From Lama guanicoe (taxonomy: Eukaryota): DNA of 64,000 bases. Shown piece by piece: positions 52,765-64,000 of this stretch (its first letter is position 1; each line of letters starts with the position of its first letter). The notes beneath the pieces were generated by a model that saw only the letters and a list, made by a program, of their open reading frames with translations, was not told the origin of the DNA and made no database searches. The position numbers and the translations under genes are program-made. The stretch lies in assembly GCA_013239625.1 (NCBI GenBank), contig MU054187.1, positions 24,058,433-24,122,432 on the forward strand, in the 5' to 3' direction.

Positions 52765-53065
52765 CAGGGGCTGTTAAAAATTTACCAAAATCCATATTCT
52801 CTTCATCTTTTGGGCACACAGCTTGACTGCATCCCCAGTCTCCCTTGCAGTTAAGTGCAGCCATGTGATTAAGTTATAGATAATGGGATAAAAGTATTCT
52901 AAGCCTCATTCATTAAAAAAAAAGGACAAAATCTCTAGGCAGGTTCTTCTTTGCTTTATTCACCTTCTAGTTGTCTGGGCATGTGTGGTGATCTTGTAAG
53001 CCAAGTCATTTGTTGTAACTACAATGTAAGCAAAAATAATCTTCTACTGTGTTTAAGACATTGTA
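52765..53065 (+). mobile_element. MaLR LTR fragment (MLT1H/I-like)
   Basis: 'tgggcacacagcttgactgcatccccagtctcccttgcagttaagtgcagccatgtgattaagtt' and a 3' 'aaaaataatcttctactgtgtttaagacattg'. Confidence 0.8.
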
Positions 53066-53782
53066 GGTATCAAGGAATATAAATATATTTGAGAAGCTAG
53101 GCTATAAAGTCTAGGAGGACAAAAAAATTATATATGGATAACACACTAAGAGAAAAATAAAAATCTCCTTTAAAAATTAGAAATCTTCTCAGATAAAGAC
53201 CTAAATATATGGCCTACCTATTCTTTATTCAATATTTATTGCAGATAGATTTTGACAAACAGAGTAATGAGCTAGGTAATAAGACCTAGCCCCTTTCTTC
53301 AAGGAGCTTATGGCAGACAACATCAATAATTCTCTCAGACGCCATTTGTAGTACTGTTCTAAAATAAGAAAATTGGGTAATCAAAGGTCCCAAAAGTCTA
53401 CACCATAAGCCATGAGCAAAATAATTTTAGCCTAAATAACCCTCAAAGCACATAAAGCCCTAAGTGTTCATCTTGATCATAATAAATCTCCAAAAAGTAT
53501 TCAAGAAGTCCAAAATTTCAGAAATATTAGTGGGATTTTTCTGAAATGCCTTTCAAGCTAAATTAGTTGCAAAATATATCACAAGATAATTGGATTATCT
53601 GATTTACTAGATAATTTTTTTTTTACATACAGGCCAACTTAATCATGAAAGACATTATTCAAAAATGATAATTTGGGCTTAACACATAATTCTTTGAACA
53701 TTTCTTTCTGACAATAAAGAGTGAGACAATGATCCACTGAGGCTCAACCTAGTTTGTGACAATAAAATATTATAGTAGTTAA

Positions 53783-54217
53783 TATCAAACACAAAGAGCA
53801 ACCAGACTTGAAAATTCTCTGAGGAGGCAAAACCAGATAGTCATACAAGTAAAGCTTAATTCAGCTTATTTTGCAAAATAAGCAAGGTTAACTTGACCTG
53901 TGTCACTTCTTGCTTATGCCTCTAAAATCATAAATTGTTCTCCAAAATTGATAATGTGCTAACCCCACTAACCAATTCCCTCTTGTTTAAGAAAATCCTC
54001 ACAGTGTAACCAATCACTATAAAGAACAGACACTCACTGCCTTTACATTATATAGGCAGCTTTAAAACAATACACCTCTGAACATCATCCCATGTTTTGG
54101 TTTGAGTGCTTCTAGTTTGCAAACTGTCTTTTTGGTGTACGCACAATAAACTTTTACTAAGTGAGTGATTAGTACCTCAGAGTGGTTTTACCTCTGTTTT
54201 TTAATGAATTTTTGACA
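53783..54217 (+). mobile_element. 5' LTR of class I ERV (MER110/MER34-group-like)
   Basis: CCAAT boxes (~53972, ~54010), TATA at ~54049, AATAAA at ~54145, ends '...ttgaca', and is followed directly by a PBS-like sequence and gag. 5' start approximate. Confidence 0.85.
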
Positions 54218-54222
54218 GTTAA

Positions 54223-54240
54223 TGGTTTCAGATGCAGGAT
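54223..54240 (+). promoter_or_regulatory. Degenerate primer-binding site, tRNA-Leu-like
   Basis: tggtttcagatgcaggat lies 5 nt after the LTR and matches TGGTGTCAGAAGTGGGAT (complement of the tRNA-Leu 3' end) at 14/18 positions. Confidence 0.6.
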
Positions 54241-54558
54241 ACTTAGAGGACAACCCCCCGCGACCCCAAGGCCAGTGAGAAAACCATGTACCAGTATCCA
54301 GAGCCCTTCTGGCTCACTGATTTCTTGCCACCTGAAGAATTCTTTGTTAAATGACTCTTGGATCATAGCTTGGCTCTCTGCATTCTAAGCTCTTCAACTT
54401 TATTGTGCATACTCACTTTGTGTTTGTTTGTTGAATCTTCTTGGTAAGACACTCTTGTGTTTGTAAGGGGAGAAATCCATGATTCCCTGGGTTTTACGCA
54501 GTGGTAGAATTACTAGGCTCTCCATAGATTATTTGTTTTAGGGAATCTAAAGACAGAA

Positions 54559-55835
54559 ATGGATTCCACGTGGTCTCAATCTCCTCCCCCTCCCATAAAC
54601 AATATTGCCTCTTATGTGTATACCTACTGTGTACCATATTCTTGTGCCTTTCTGAAAAAATAGGTGAATTTACAAAAGATAATCTGGAATTGCAGTGGCC
54701 ACATTGGGAACACAGTTTAGAAAAGATGATCCATCTTAAGAGCATCCTTGAAAAAGAGGGATCCTGAATCTCTCAAAAACAATGGAAAGCATTTTTGGAT
54801 TAGTTTACAGAGGCCTCCAGAAGACAGAGTGACTCTAAAAACAGTCTCTCTCATAGATTCATTATAAAGAGCCAATGACAAACTTAAGACAAAAGCCCTG
54901 ACTGGGATGAAGTACATGTCAGGCCCTCCAACAAGCCCTTCTGTGCCTTGTTATGCTCCATCACCTGGCTTTTCTGATTCTAATAATCCACTTGATCTTT
55001 TACCCTTTCCCCTCAATCTCCTAAGCTCCAGATGTTTTTTGAAAGTAAGAGTTTCCATGAAACCTGGGTCCCAGCTGCAACAGAATGTAAACCCTGGTCT
55101 TGACCTGAGTTCTGAGTAATTATAAAGTTTTCAGTCCCAAAGAAGGACTGAACTAAATTTACAGAAGAATTTAAGATTCTTGGAGCTTATGTCCCTGGTC
55201 TCCCTAATTTGTACCAATTCATTTATGTGGTGGTAAGTCTAGGGATGCTCAAAGGTGGCTCAAAGTTATCCCTCTACAGACTTTGAGGATCCCACCAAGA
55301 ATGCCTCAGAAGAAAAGTAGGTCAATCACTCCTTGTAATTATACCATTTTCCCTGTGAGAACTGGCCATAATACAAACTTGTAAATAAAAATGGAATGGA
55401 TTAGTTGCATTTTTAATTCACTGAGAAGAAATATTTGGACAGCATTCTTGTCTCAGGGAATCTGAAGCTAATATTGCCTTGTCTGTTCATTTTGTTAATG
55501 GGATTCACTCTGAGCTTAACAATTTAATAAAGAAGAATAAATTAGAATGAGAGATGACTCCCCTTTCTGTGTGCCAACATTTTTGCTGACCCTTTTTAAA
55601 GAAGTTAAGAACAGAAAAAGAGTGATTCAGTAAATAAACTTGTGATTCTATGATTACAGCAACTGTAGGTGCCTCAACCAAACTTTAGAACTAATTTGCC
55701 CCTGCTGACAAGCATACTTGTCAATATTATAAATAGAAGGAACATGGGAAAAGGGATGGTCCTTTCAAACAATATAACTCTCCAACAAGAAGGAAACACT
55801 CAACCATCAGATCTCCAAGATAATTTTCAACATTG
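54559..55835 (+). pseudogene. gag: ERV gag remnant
   Basis: MDSTWSQSPPPP...CAFLKK*V..FTKDNLELQWPHW...MIHLKSILEKEG (MA of MER4/MER34-group ERV1). Decayed zinc knuckle CQYYK*KEHGKRDG at ~55718-55760. Many stops. Confidence 0.8.
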
Positions 55836-55859
55836 ATGGGGCTCCAAGGGGCTGCCTGG

Positions 55860-56832
55860 TAAGCTATTTGCAATAATTTTTATAAATCATCAGGGTGAAA
55901 TGAAACTTGAAATGAATGGAGAAATCTGTACTGTGCTAGAAGATACCATAATGACTCTTTCCACTTTAAACTCCACTATGATACATCAGTAACTTCCCTG
56001 GAATAATAAAAATGTTTCATGGTGAGAATGTCCAGTCAAGTTCAAAGGGTGACTGTATCAGAGCCTATAAATGTTCACTTAGTCACTTCTATGAACACCA
56101 TACCTTTTCTATTATGTGGCACTGCTTCTGTAAATCTCCTGGGAAGAGATCTAGTTTATAAATTAGGAGGCCAAATAAATTTTGCTGCAGAAGTTACCCT
56201 GGAATTGCCAAACTCAGCAACTGCCTGAAGGGTTATGTTTTCTGTAAGCCCAAGCTGATCATCCTGAAGAGGCTAACAAATCCCCTGAAGCCCCTAACAG
56301 TCTATGGGCCTCTTTTTCCACAGATATGGGAAAAAGTGAGGCTGAACCAACTAAAAATCAGAATGACCCTTCGAAATCTTTTCCAAAACTGCTCAGTCTC
56401 CATTAAAACCTGGTCATACAAGGGCTCCCTACCACAATAAAAAGAAATTAATATATCAGAGACTAAAATATTCCTTATACCAGTCCTTGCAACACTCTTG
56501 TTCTATACATTAAAAAAGCCCCATGGTGGAGGATGGGGATTTGTACAAGATCCCAGGGCCATAAACAAAAATCTTATTCAAGGTTTCCTGCAGTACTCAA
56601 CCCAAACACTTTACTGGCAACATTCCAACCAAATCTGAACAGTTTGTGATGGTAGACCTTTGTTCTGCATACTTCAGCATACCAGTAGATAAGGGAAGTA
56701 CTATTTGTTTGCTTTCACATGGAAAAAAACAAAGAGTATATTTGGATAGTTATGCCTCAATTACTCTCTGAGTCTCCTTCATATTTTTCACAAGTTCTGC
56801 ATCAGGATTTTAAATACACTATTTTTTTTTTT
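55860..56832 (+). pseudogene. pol: ERV protease and N-terminal reverse transcriptase remnant, interrupted by L1
   Basis: NHQGEMKLEMNGEICTVLEDTIMTLSTLN (decayed DTGA), FLLCGTASVNLLGRDLVYKLG, then RT motifs SPCNT, GFVQDPRAINK, VDLCSAYFSIPVD, LFAFTW and VMPQ...ESPSYFSQVLHQD. Stops before YxDD. Confidence 0.9.
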
Positions 56833-59406
56833 CAGTGATTGCCTAAGAAGGTGAAATAGAAAGTCCCTGAGCTCACCTCCTCTCATATGCATACCAAAAT
56901 CACAAGTATCTGCAAACAACAATCCATGAAAAATACTGGAACCTACCATAAAAGATCTTCTACAACTAAAGACTTAAGGAAGGAACCACAATGAGATGGG
57001 TAGAAGGGACAGACTTTCAATATAAAGAAGTCCCACACCCCCAAGTGGGAAACGCACAAACTGGAGAATAAGGACACTGCACAGGCCTTCCCCGCAGGAG
57101 TGAGAGTCCTGAGCCCCAAGCTGAGCTCCCCAGCCCAGGAGTCCTGCATCGGGATGCAAGCCCCTGGAGCAGCTGGCTTTTAAGGGCAACAAGGCTTAAC
57201 TTCAGGAGTCCCAGAGGACTGGCGTAAATAGAGACTTCACTTTTAAAGGACACACAAAAAAATTCACACACTCTGGGACCAAGGGTAAAAGCAGTCATTT
57301 GCTAAGACACTGAGTCAGACCGAGGTTATTAGCCCCAGGGCCCACCCTGGCCAGGCCTCACAGCCTGCAAGCGCCAGTGTTGGGAGGCCTCAGGCTGAGT
57401 TGCTAACCTGGTGGGGACACAGCCTCACCCACCAGCAGGCAGGCTGCCTTAAAACACCCTGAGCCCACAGCTGCCTCTGGACATGGTTCTGCCCACCAGA
57501 GTGCCCGGAGCACAGCTCTGCCTTCCAGTAGGCAGGCACCAGTCATGAAACAACCTGGGCCTCAGCCTTACTCTCCAGTTAGCCTGCTCTAGCCTCTGGA
57601 CCAGCCAGACTTGCCCACCAATGGGCAGACACCACACGCAAGAAAAGCAAAATCCCACAGCCTGGGGACACAGCCTGACCGCCAGCAGGCCAGAACTTGT
57701 GCCAGGACCAGCTGGGCCCTGGCCCTGCCCATCAGCAGATCAATACAAGCTTTGGGACACACTAGACACCATACCAACTGTGTAAGAAAACACCACTCAT
57801 TACCAGTGATCTGACAACAGCTCTGGGACCTCTGGGCCCTGCAACTAGACTCCAAAATAGGCTCTGCCTGCCAGTAGTCCAGGACTAACCCAAGGACCTG
57901 GCTTCACCAGTGGTGGGCAACAGCCTTGGAATCTTCTGGACCCTGACTTTACCCAGCAGTGAGCCAGCACTAACCTTGGGACAACCTGGGGTTCCGCATT
58001 CAGTCACTTCATGACCTGGCCCTGACAAACAGCAGTTGGCAGCTTCTGCACAAGGCAGGGCTTGGTGACCAACTGGACCAGGGGCCAGCCAAGCCAGCCA
58101 GACTGCCCACACAGTCAGCCCACATAAGGGGAACCCCTAGAGCAAACAGCTTGGGTGATGAGGGGAGTGCACAGCTGGTACGCATAGGGCATCTTCCACA
58201 GAAGGCCACTTTGAGGTGACAGAGAAACATGTTCCAGATGAAGGACCAAGATAAAACCCCCAGAAGAAGAACTAAGTGGAGAGAGGCAGTCTACCCAAGA
58301 AGGAGTTCATGTTAGTGATTGTAAAGATAATCAAAAACTTGGGAGAAGAGTGGATGTACAGAATGAGAAGTTAGAATTTTTTAACAAAGAGTTAAGTAAA
58401 TATAAAGAACAATCAAGTGGAGATGAAGAATACAATAACTGAAATAAAAAGTACACTAGAGAAAATCAACAGTATGCTAAATGATACAGAAAAACTGACC
58501 AGCAAACTACAAGACAGAGTAGTGGAAATCAACAGTGCTGAACAGAAAAAAAGACAAAAGAATGAAAATAAATGAGGACAGTTTAAGAGACCTCTAGGAC
58601 AAAAACAAATGCACTAATACTCAAATTACAAAGGTTTCAGAAGGAAAATAGGGAAATATGAGAACATATTTAAAGACATAAAAGTTGAAAACTTTAAGAA
58701 AATAGAAATCACATGTAGCATCTTTTCCAAGCACAATGCTATGAGACTAAAAATCAACTACAAGGAAAAAAAATGCCAAAAAAACCCACAAAAATGTGGA
58801 AGTTAAACAATGCATTACTAAAAAGCCAATGAATCACTGAAAAAAGTCAAAGAGAAATTAGGAAAAAAATCTAGAGACAAATGAAAATGAAAGCATGACA
58901 ATCAAAAACCTATGAGATGCAGCAAAACCAGGTCTAAGAGGGCAGTTTATACCAATACAAACTTAACCTCAGCAAACAAGAAAAATCTTAAATAAATAAT
59001 CTAACCTCACACCTAAAGGAACTACAGAAAGAACAAACACAATCCAAACAAAGTCAGTAGAAGGAAAGAAATTATAAAAATCAGAGCAGAAATAAGTAAA
59101 ATAGAGACTAACCCAAAAAAAAAAAAAAGAAAGATCAATGAAACTAAAAGCTGGTTCTCTGAAAAGATAAACAAAATCGATAAACCTTTAAGCAGACTCA
59201 TCAAGAAAAAGAGAGGGCCCAAATCAATAGGATCAGAAAGGAAAAAGAAGATACAAACTGCTACCACAGAAATACAAAAGATCATAACAGACTGCTATGA
59301 ACAACCACATGCCAATAAAATGAACAACCTAGAAGAAATGGAAAAATTCTTAGAAAAGTACAATCTTCCAAGACTGAACCAGGAAGAAATAAAAAATGTG
59401 AGCAGA
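56833..59406 (+). mobile_element. Older L1 (5'UTR, partial ORF1 fused to partial ORF2), interrupted by a younger L1
   Basis: 5'UTR resembles that of the 17410 element ('gagctcacctcctctcatatgcataccaaaatcac'). ORF1 QRNMFQMKDQDK at ~58220. ORF2 KKIEITCSIFSKHNAMRL through YNLPRLNQEEI at ~59390. Confidence 0.95.
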
Positions 59407-62400
59407 GGGGGAAGAGTCCAAGATGACAGAGTAGTAGGACACTCGTAGCTCACCCTCTCACACAGATACACCAAGACTCACATCCACCGACCGACTCAGC
59501 CAACCAAAGCACCTGCGGAACTCCAACAGAACACTGTCCTCTTCAAAAGACAAAGACGCCAAAAATCTGTTTCGTTTCTACATAGGCATTAGATAGATAA
59601 ATAAATAAACTCCTTTAAGGACCACAGTAAATAACTGATACTCAATAAGCCACAGTGCCAGAGAGATATAAGTAAGATGAAGAAGCAGAGAAACCATTCC
59701 CAATTAAAAGAACAAGAGAAATCCCCTGAAAGAATGATCAATGAAATAGACATCAATAGCCTACCAGATCAATATTTCAAAAAAAGGAGTGATCAAAGTA
59801 CTGAAGGAACTAAAAGAGATAGTGTTTAGAGATATAAAATAAGTCAAAAATGAAATCGAAGCTATAAAGAACAGCCAAGTAGAACTGGAAAACTCACTGG
59901 CTGAGATTAGAATGGATTTAAAGGCTGTGTAAAGCACACTAGATAATGTAGAGGAACAAATTAGTGACCTAGAAGACAGGACAACAGAAAGCACCCAATC
60001 AGAACAACTGCAAGATAAACAAATAAAAACAAATGAAAGCAACATAAGGGACATACGGGATAATATAAAGCATGCCAATCTTCACATAATAGGGGTCCCA
60101 GAAGGGGAAGAAAGATCAAAGGTGATTGAAAAGGTTTTTGAAGAAATCATGACTGAAAACTTCCCAAACTTAAAGAAGGAATCAGATATCCAAGTACAGG
60201 AAGCTCAGAGGGTCCCAAACAGGAAGAATCTAAATAGACCCACACCAAGACATATCATAATCAAGATGGCCAGAGTCAAGGATAAAGAAATGATCCTAAA
60301 GGCAGCAAGAGAAAAGCAAAGAGTGAGTTACAAGGGAATCCCCATAAGGCTTTCAGCTGATTTCTCTACACAAACACTACATGCCAGAAGGGAGTGGCAA
60401 GATATATTCAAAGCACTGAATGAAAAAAAAGATGCAGCCTAGGATACTTTATCCAGGAAGGCTATCCTTTAGGAAAGAAGGAGACATAAAGAATTTCACA
60501 GACAAGAAAAATCTACAAGAATTTAGCAACACTAAACCCATGCTAAAAGAAATATTGAAAGGTCTACTCTAAATAGAAAAGCAGCAGGATGCTACAGAAA
60601 TGAGAAACTCATAACTAGAAAGGTGGTAATTCATGAATTACAAATAAAATAAACACAAACTTGTAAAAGACATCAAAATCATTAAGAGTGGGAGAGGGAA
60701 GCAAGAAAATACAGAGAATTTTGTCCTTTCTTTTTTAATTTTTTTTGTTTTTGGTAGGATGGGTTTGAGATATAGTAAAGGGCTAACAGACTTACTGAAA
60801 AGGGTAACCACAAGCCAAAAACTTACAAGGAACTCACAAAAACTAAATAAAATCCATGATAATACAAAGGAAAATTACCAAACCACAAAAGGAAGAAGAA
60901 AGGAACAAGGAGGAAATACCAAATCAACTGCAAAGATAAGTTCAAAATGGCAATAAATACACAACTATCATTAATTACTGTAAATGTTAATGGACTAAAT
61001 GCTCCAGTCAAAAGACATAGAGTGGCAGACTGGATAATAAAGCAAGAACCTTCAATATGCTGCATACAAGAGACCCACTTTAGGGAGAAGGACACATATA
61101 GATTGAGAGTGAAAGGATGGAAAAGGATATTCCATGCAAATGGAATGCATTAACATCACTAGACAGATCTTCCAGACAGAAAATAAATAAGGCAACAGAG
61201 AAACTAAATAATACAATAGAAAAATTAGATTTGGTGGGTATTTTCAGAGCATTACACCCCCCCAAAATAGGATATACATTCTTTTCAAGTGCACATGGAA
61301 CATTTTCTATGATTGATCATGTATTTGGGCACAAAAGAAATCTCAACAATTTTAAGAAGATAGAAATTATCTCAAGCATCTTTACTGACCACAATGCCAT
61401 GAAACTAGAAATCAACAACAGAGAAACAAAGGAGAAAAAAAGGAAAGCATGGAGATTAAACAATATGTTATTAAAAAACCAATGAGTCAGTGAGGAAATC
61501 AAAGATGAAATTAAAAAATACCTTGAGGCAACTGAAAATGAAAGCACAACCACTCAAAATTTATGGGACACAGCAAAGGCAGTGCTAAGAGGGAAGTTTA
61601 CAGCGAATACAGGCCTTCCTCAAAAAAGAAGAACAACCTCAAATAAACAATTTAATCCACCAACTAAAAGAACTAGAAAAAGAAGAGCAAAAAGCCCCAA
61701 AAGGCAGCAGAAGGAAGGAAATTATAAACATCAGGGAGGAAATAAATAAAATAGAGATTTAAAAAAACATAGAAAANNNNNNNNNNNNNNNNNNNNNNNN
61801 NNNNNNNNNNNNNNNNNNNNNNNNNNNNNNNNNNNNNNNNNNNNNNNNNNNNNNNNNNNNNNNNNNNNNNNNNNNNNNNNNNNNNNNNNNNNNNNNNNNN
61901 NNNNNNNNNNNNNNNNNNNNNNNNNNNNNNNNNNNNNNNNNNNNNNNNNNNNNNNNNNNNNNNNNNNNNNNNNNNNNNNNNNNNNNNNNNNNNNNNNNNN
62001 NNNNNNNNNNNNNNNNNNNNNNNNNNNNNNNNNNNNNNNNNNNNNNNNNNNNNNNNNNNNNNNNNNNNNNNNNNNNNNNNNNNNNNNNNNNNNNNNNNNN
62101 NNNNNNNNNNNNNNNNNNNNNNNNNNNNNNNNNNNNNNNNNNNNNNNNNNNNNNNNNNNNNNNNNNNNNNNNNNNNNNNNNNNNNNNNNNNNNNNNNNNN
62201 NNNNNNNNNNNNNNNNNNNNNNNNNNNNNNNNNNNNNNNNNNNNNNNNNNNNNNNNNNNNNNNNNNNNNNNNNNNNNNNNNNNNNNNNNNNNNNNNNNNN
62301 NNNNNNNNNNNNNNNNNNNNNNNNNNNNNNNNNNNNNNNNNNNNNNNNNNNNNNNNNNNNNNNNNNNNNNNNNNNNNNNNNNNNNNNNNNNNNNNNNNNN

Positions 62401-64000
62401 NNNNNNNNNNNNNNNNNNNNAAGTGGGGTTCATCCCAGGGACACAAGGCTGGTTCAACATACGCAAATCAATCAATGTAATACATCACATCAACAAGAGA
62501 AAGGACAAAAACCACATGATCATCTCAATCGATGCAGAAAAAGCATTTGATAAAATTCAACACCAATTTATGATAAAAACTCTCACCGAAGTGGGTATAG
62601 AGGGAACATATCTCAACATCATAAAAGCTATATATGACAAACCTACAGCCAGCATAGTACTCAATGGTGAAAAACTCAAAAGCTTCCCACTAAAATCTGG
62701 GACAAGACAAGGATGCCCACTATCACCACTCCTATTCAACATAGTCTTGGAAGTCCTAGCCACAGCAATCAGGCAAGAGAAAGAAATAAAAGGGATCCAA
62801 ATTGGAAAAGAAGAGGTAAAAGTGTTACTATATGCCAATGACATGTTACTGTAATATAGAAGACCCTACAAGGTCCACACAAAAACTACTAGAGCTGATC
62901 AAAGAATTCAGCAAGGTAGCAGGTTACAAGATTAACGTTCAAAACTCAGTTGCATTTCTTTACACTAACAAGGAATCAACAGAAAAAGAAAGTAAAGAAA
63001 CAATCCCCTTTAAAATAGCACCCAAAGTAGTAAAATACCTAGGAATAAATCTAACCAAGGAGGTGAAAGAATTATACACAGAAAACTATAAACCACTGAT
63101 GAAGGAAATTAAAGACGACTTTAAAAAATGGAAAGATATCCCATGCTCTTGGATTGCAAAAATCAATATTGTTAAAATGGTCACACTGCCCAAGGCAATC
63201 TACAATACAGATTTAATGCAATCCCTATCAAATTACCCAGGGCATACTTCACAGAACTAGAACAAATCATAATAAAATTTATATGGACCCATCAAAGACC
63301 TAGAATTGCCAAAGCATTACTGAAGAGAAAGAAAGAGGCTGGAGGAATAACTTTCCCAGACTTCAGAACACCATACACAAAAATCAACTCAAAATGGATC
63401 AAAGACTTAAACATAAGACAAGATACAATAAACCTCCTTGAAGAAAATATAGGCAAAACATTATCTGACATACATCTCAAAAATGTCCTCCTAGGGCAGT
63501 CTACGGAAGCAATAGAAATAAAAGCAAGAATAAACAAATGGGACCTAATTAAACTTAGAAGCTTCTGAACAGCAAAGGAAACCATAAGTAAAACAAAACG
63601 ACAACCTATGGAATGGGAGAAAATGTTTGCAAATGAAACTGACAAAGGCTTGATCTCCAGAATATATAAGCAGCTCATACGACTTAATAAGAAACAACCA
63701 AACAACCCAATCCAAAGATGGGCAGAAGAGCTAATTAAGCAATTCTCCAAGGAAGACATACAAATGATCAATAGGTACATGAAAAAAATGCTCAATATCA
63801 CTAATTATCAGAGAAATGCAAATCAAAAGTACAATAAGGTATCACCTCACACCAGTCAGAGTGGCCGTCATTCAAAAATCCATAAATGGCAAATGCTGGA
63901 GAGGCTGTAGAGAAAGGGGAACCCTCCTTCACTGCTGGTGGGAATGCAGTTTTGTGCAGCCACTGTGGAAAACAGTATGGAGATTCCTCAAAAGACTAGG
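59407..64000 (+). mobile_element. Young camelid-type L1 (short 5'UTR, ORF1 ~59677-60572, ORF2 from 60947), runs off the window; disabled
   Basis: 5' end GGGGGAAGAGTCCAAGATGACAGAGTAG. ORF1 IEKVFEEIMTENFPNL...RPTPRHIIIKM. ORF2 MAINTQLSLITVNVNGLNAP...CCIQETH, and [15 protein letters not shown]...[18 protein letters not shown]...YANDM. Confidence 0.97.
61777..62420. other. Assembly gap (644 N) inside L1 ORF2
   Basis: Run of N. The flanks are co-linear ORF2 sequence. Confidence 0.99.

Noticed and set aside
61673..62475. 257-aa and 238-aa minus-strand ORFs
   Set aside because: Artefacts of translating through the N gap.
62423..63260. Longest clean ORFs (143 and 142 aa) with reverse-transcriptase motifs
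   Set aside because: These are frameshifted pieces of L1 ORF2 (YANDM in place of YADDM), not a host gene or a novel RT system.
1..64000. Assignment to a specific host gene or chromosome
   Set aside because: No recognisable exon. It would need a BLAST of unique segments (e.g. 5200-6880, 26150-31390) against an annotated genome.

Overview
AT-rich, CpG-depleted mammalian genomic DNA. A Vic-1-type tRNA-derived SINE at ~44078-44209 points to a camelid (camel, alpaca or llama). I found no intact host protein-coding gene, RNA gene or CRISPR array, so the window looks intergenic or deep-intronic. Every ORF in the track with a recognisable product is a decayed LINE-1 or ERV fragment. Main content: four large L1 copies (17410-22162 +, 38438-43323 - with an 18-bp TSD, 56833-59406 +, 59407->64000 +), a twin-primed 5'-inverted L1 (945-2726), and a class I ERV remnant (LTR-PBS-gag-pro-pol, 53783-56832) interrupted by an L1 that is itself interrupted by a younger L1. 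There are also several solo ERV1 and MaLR LTRs, Tigger2-, MER2- and MER5-type DNA transposons, many MIR/L2/L1ME relics and a 644-nt assembly gap. The most interesting signals are structural: an L1 whose 5'UTR looks spliced out at a GT donor, recurrent internal deletions in the L1 copies (two break at almost the same endonuclease position, one fuses ORF1 to ORF2 in frame), and a few motif-rich unique segments that could be enhancers or lncRNA exons. Subfamily names come from recall of consensus sequences, not from a database search, and relic boundaries are approximate. I found no convincing evidence for a wholly new biological system.
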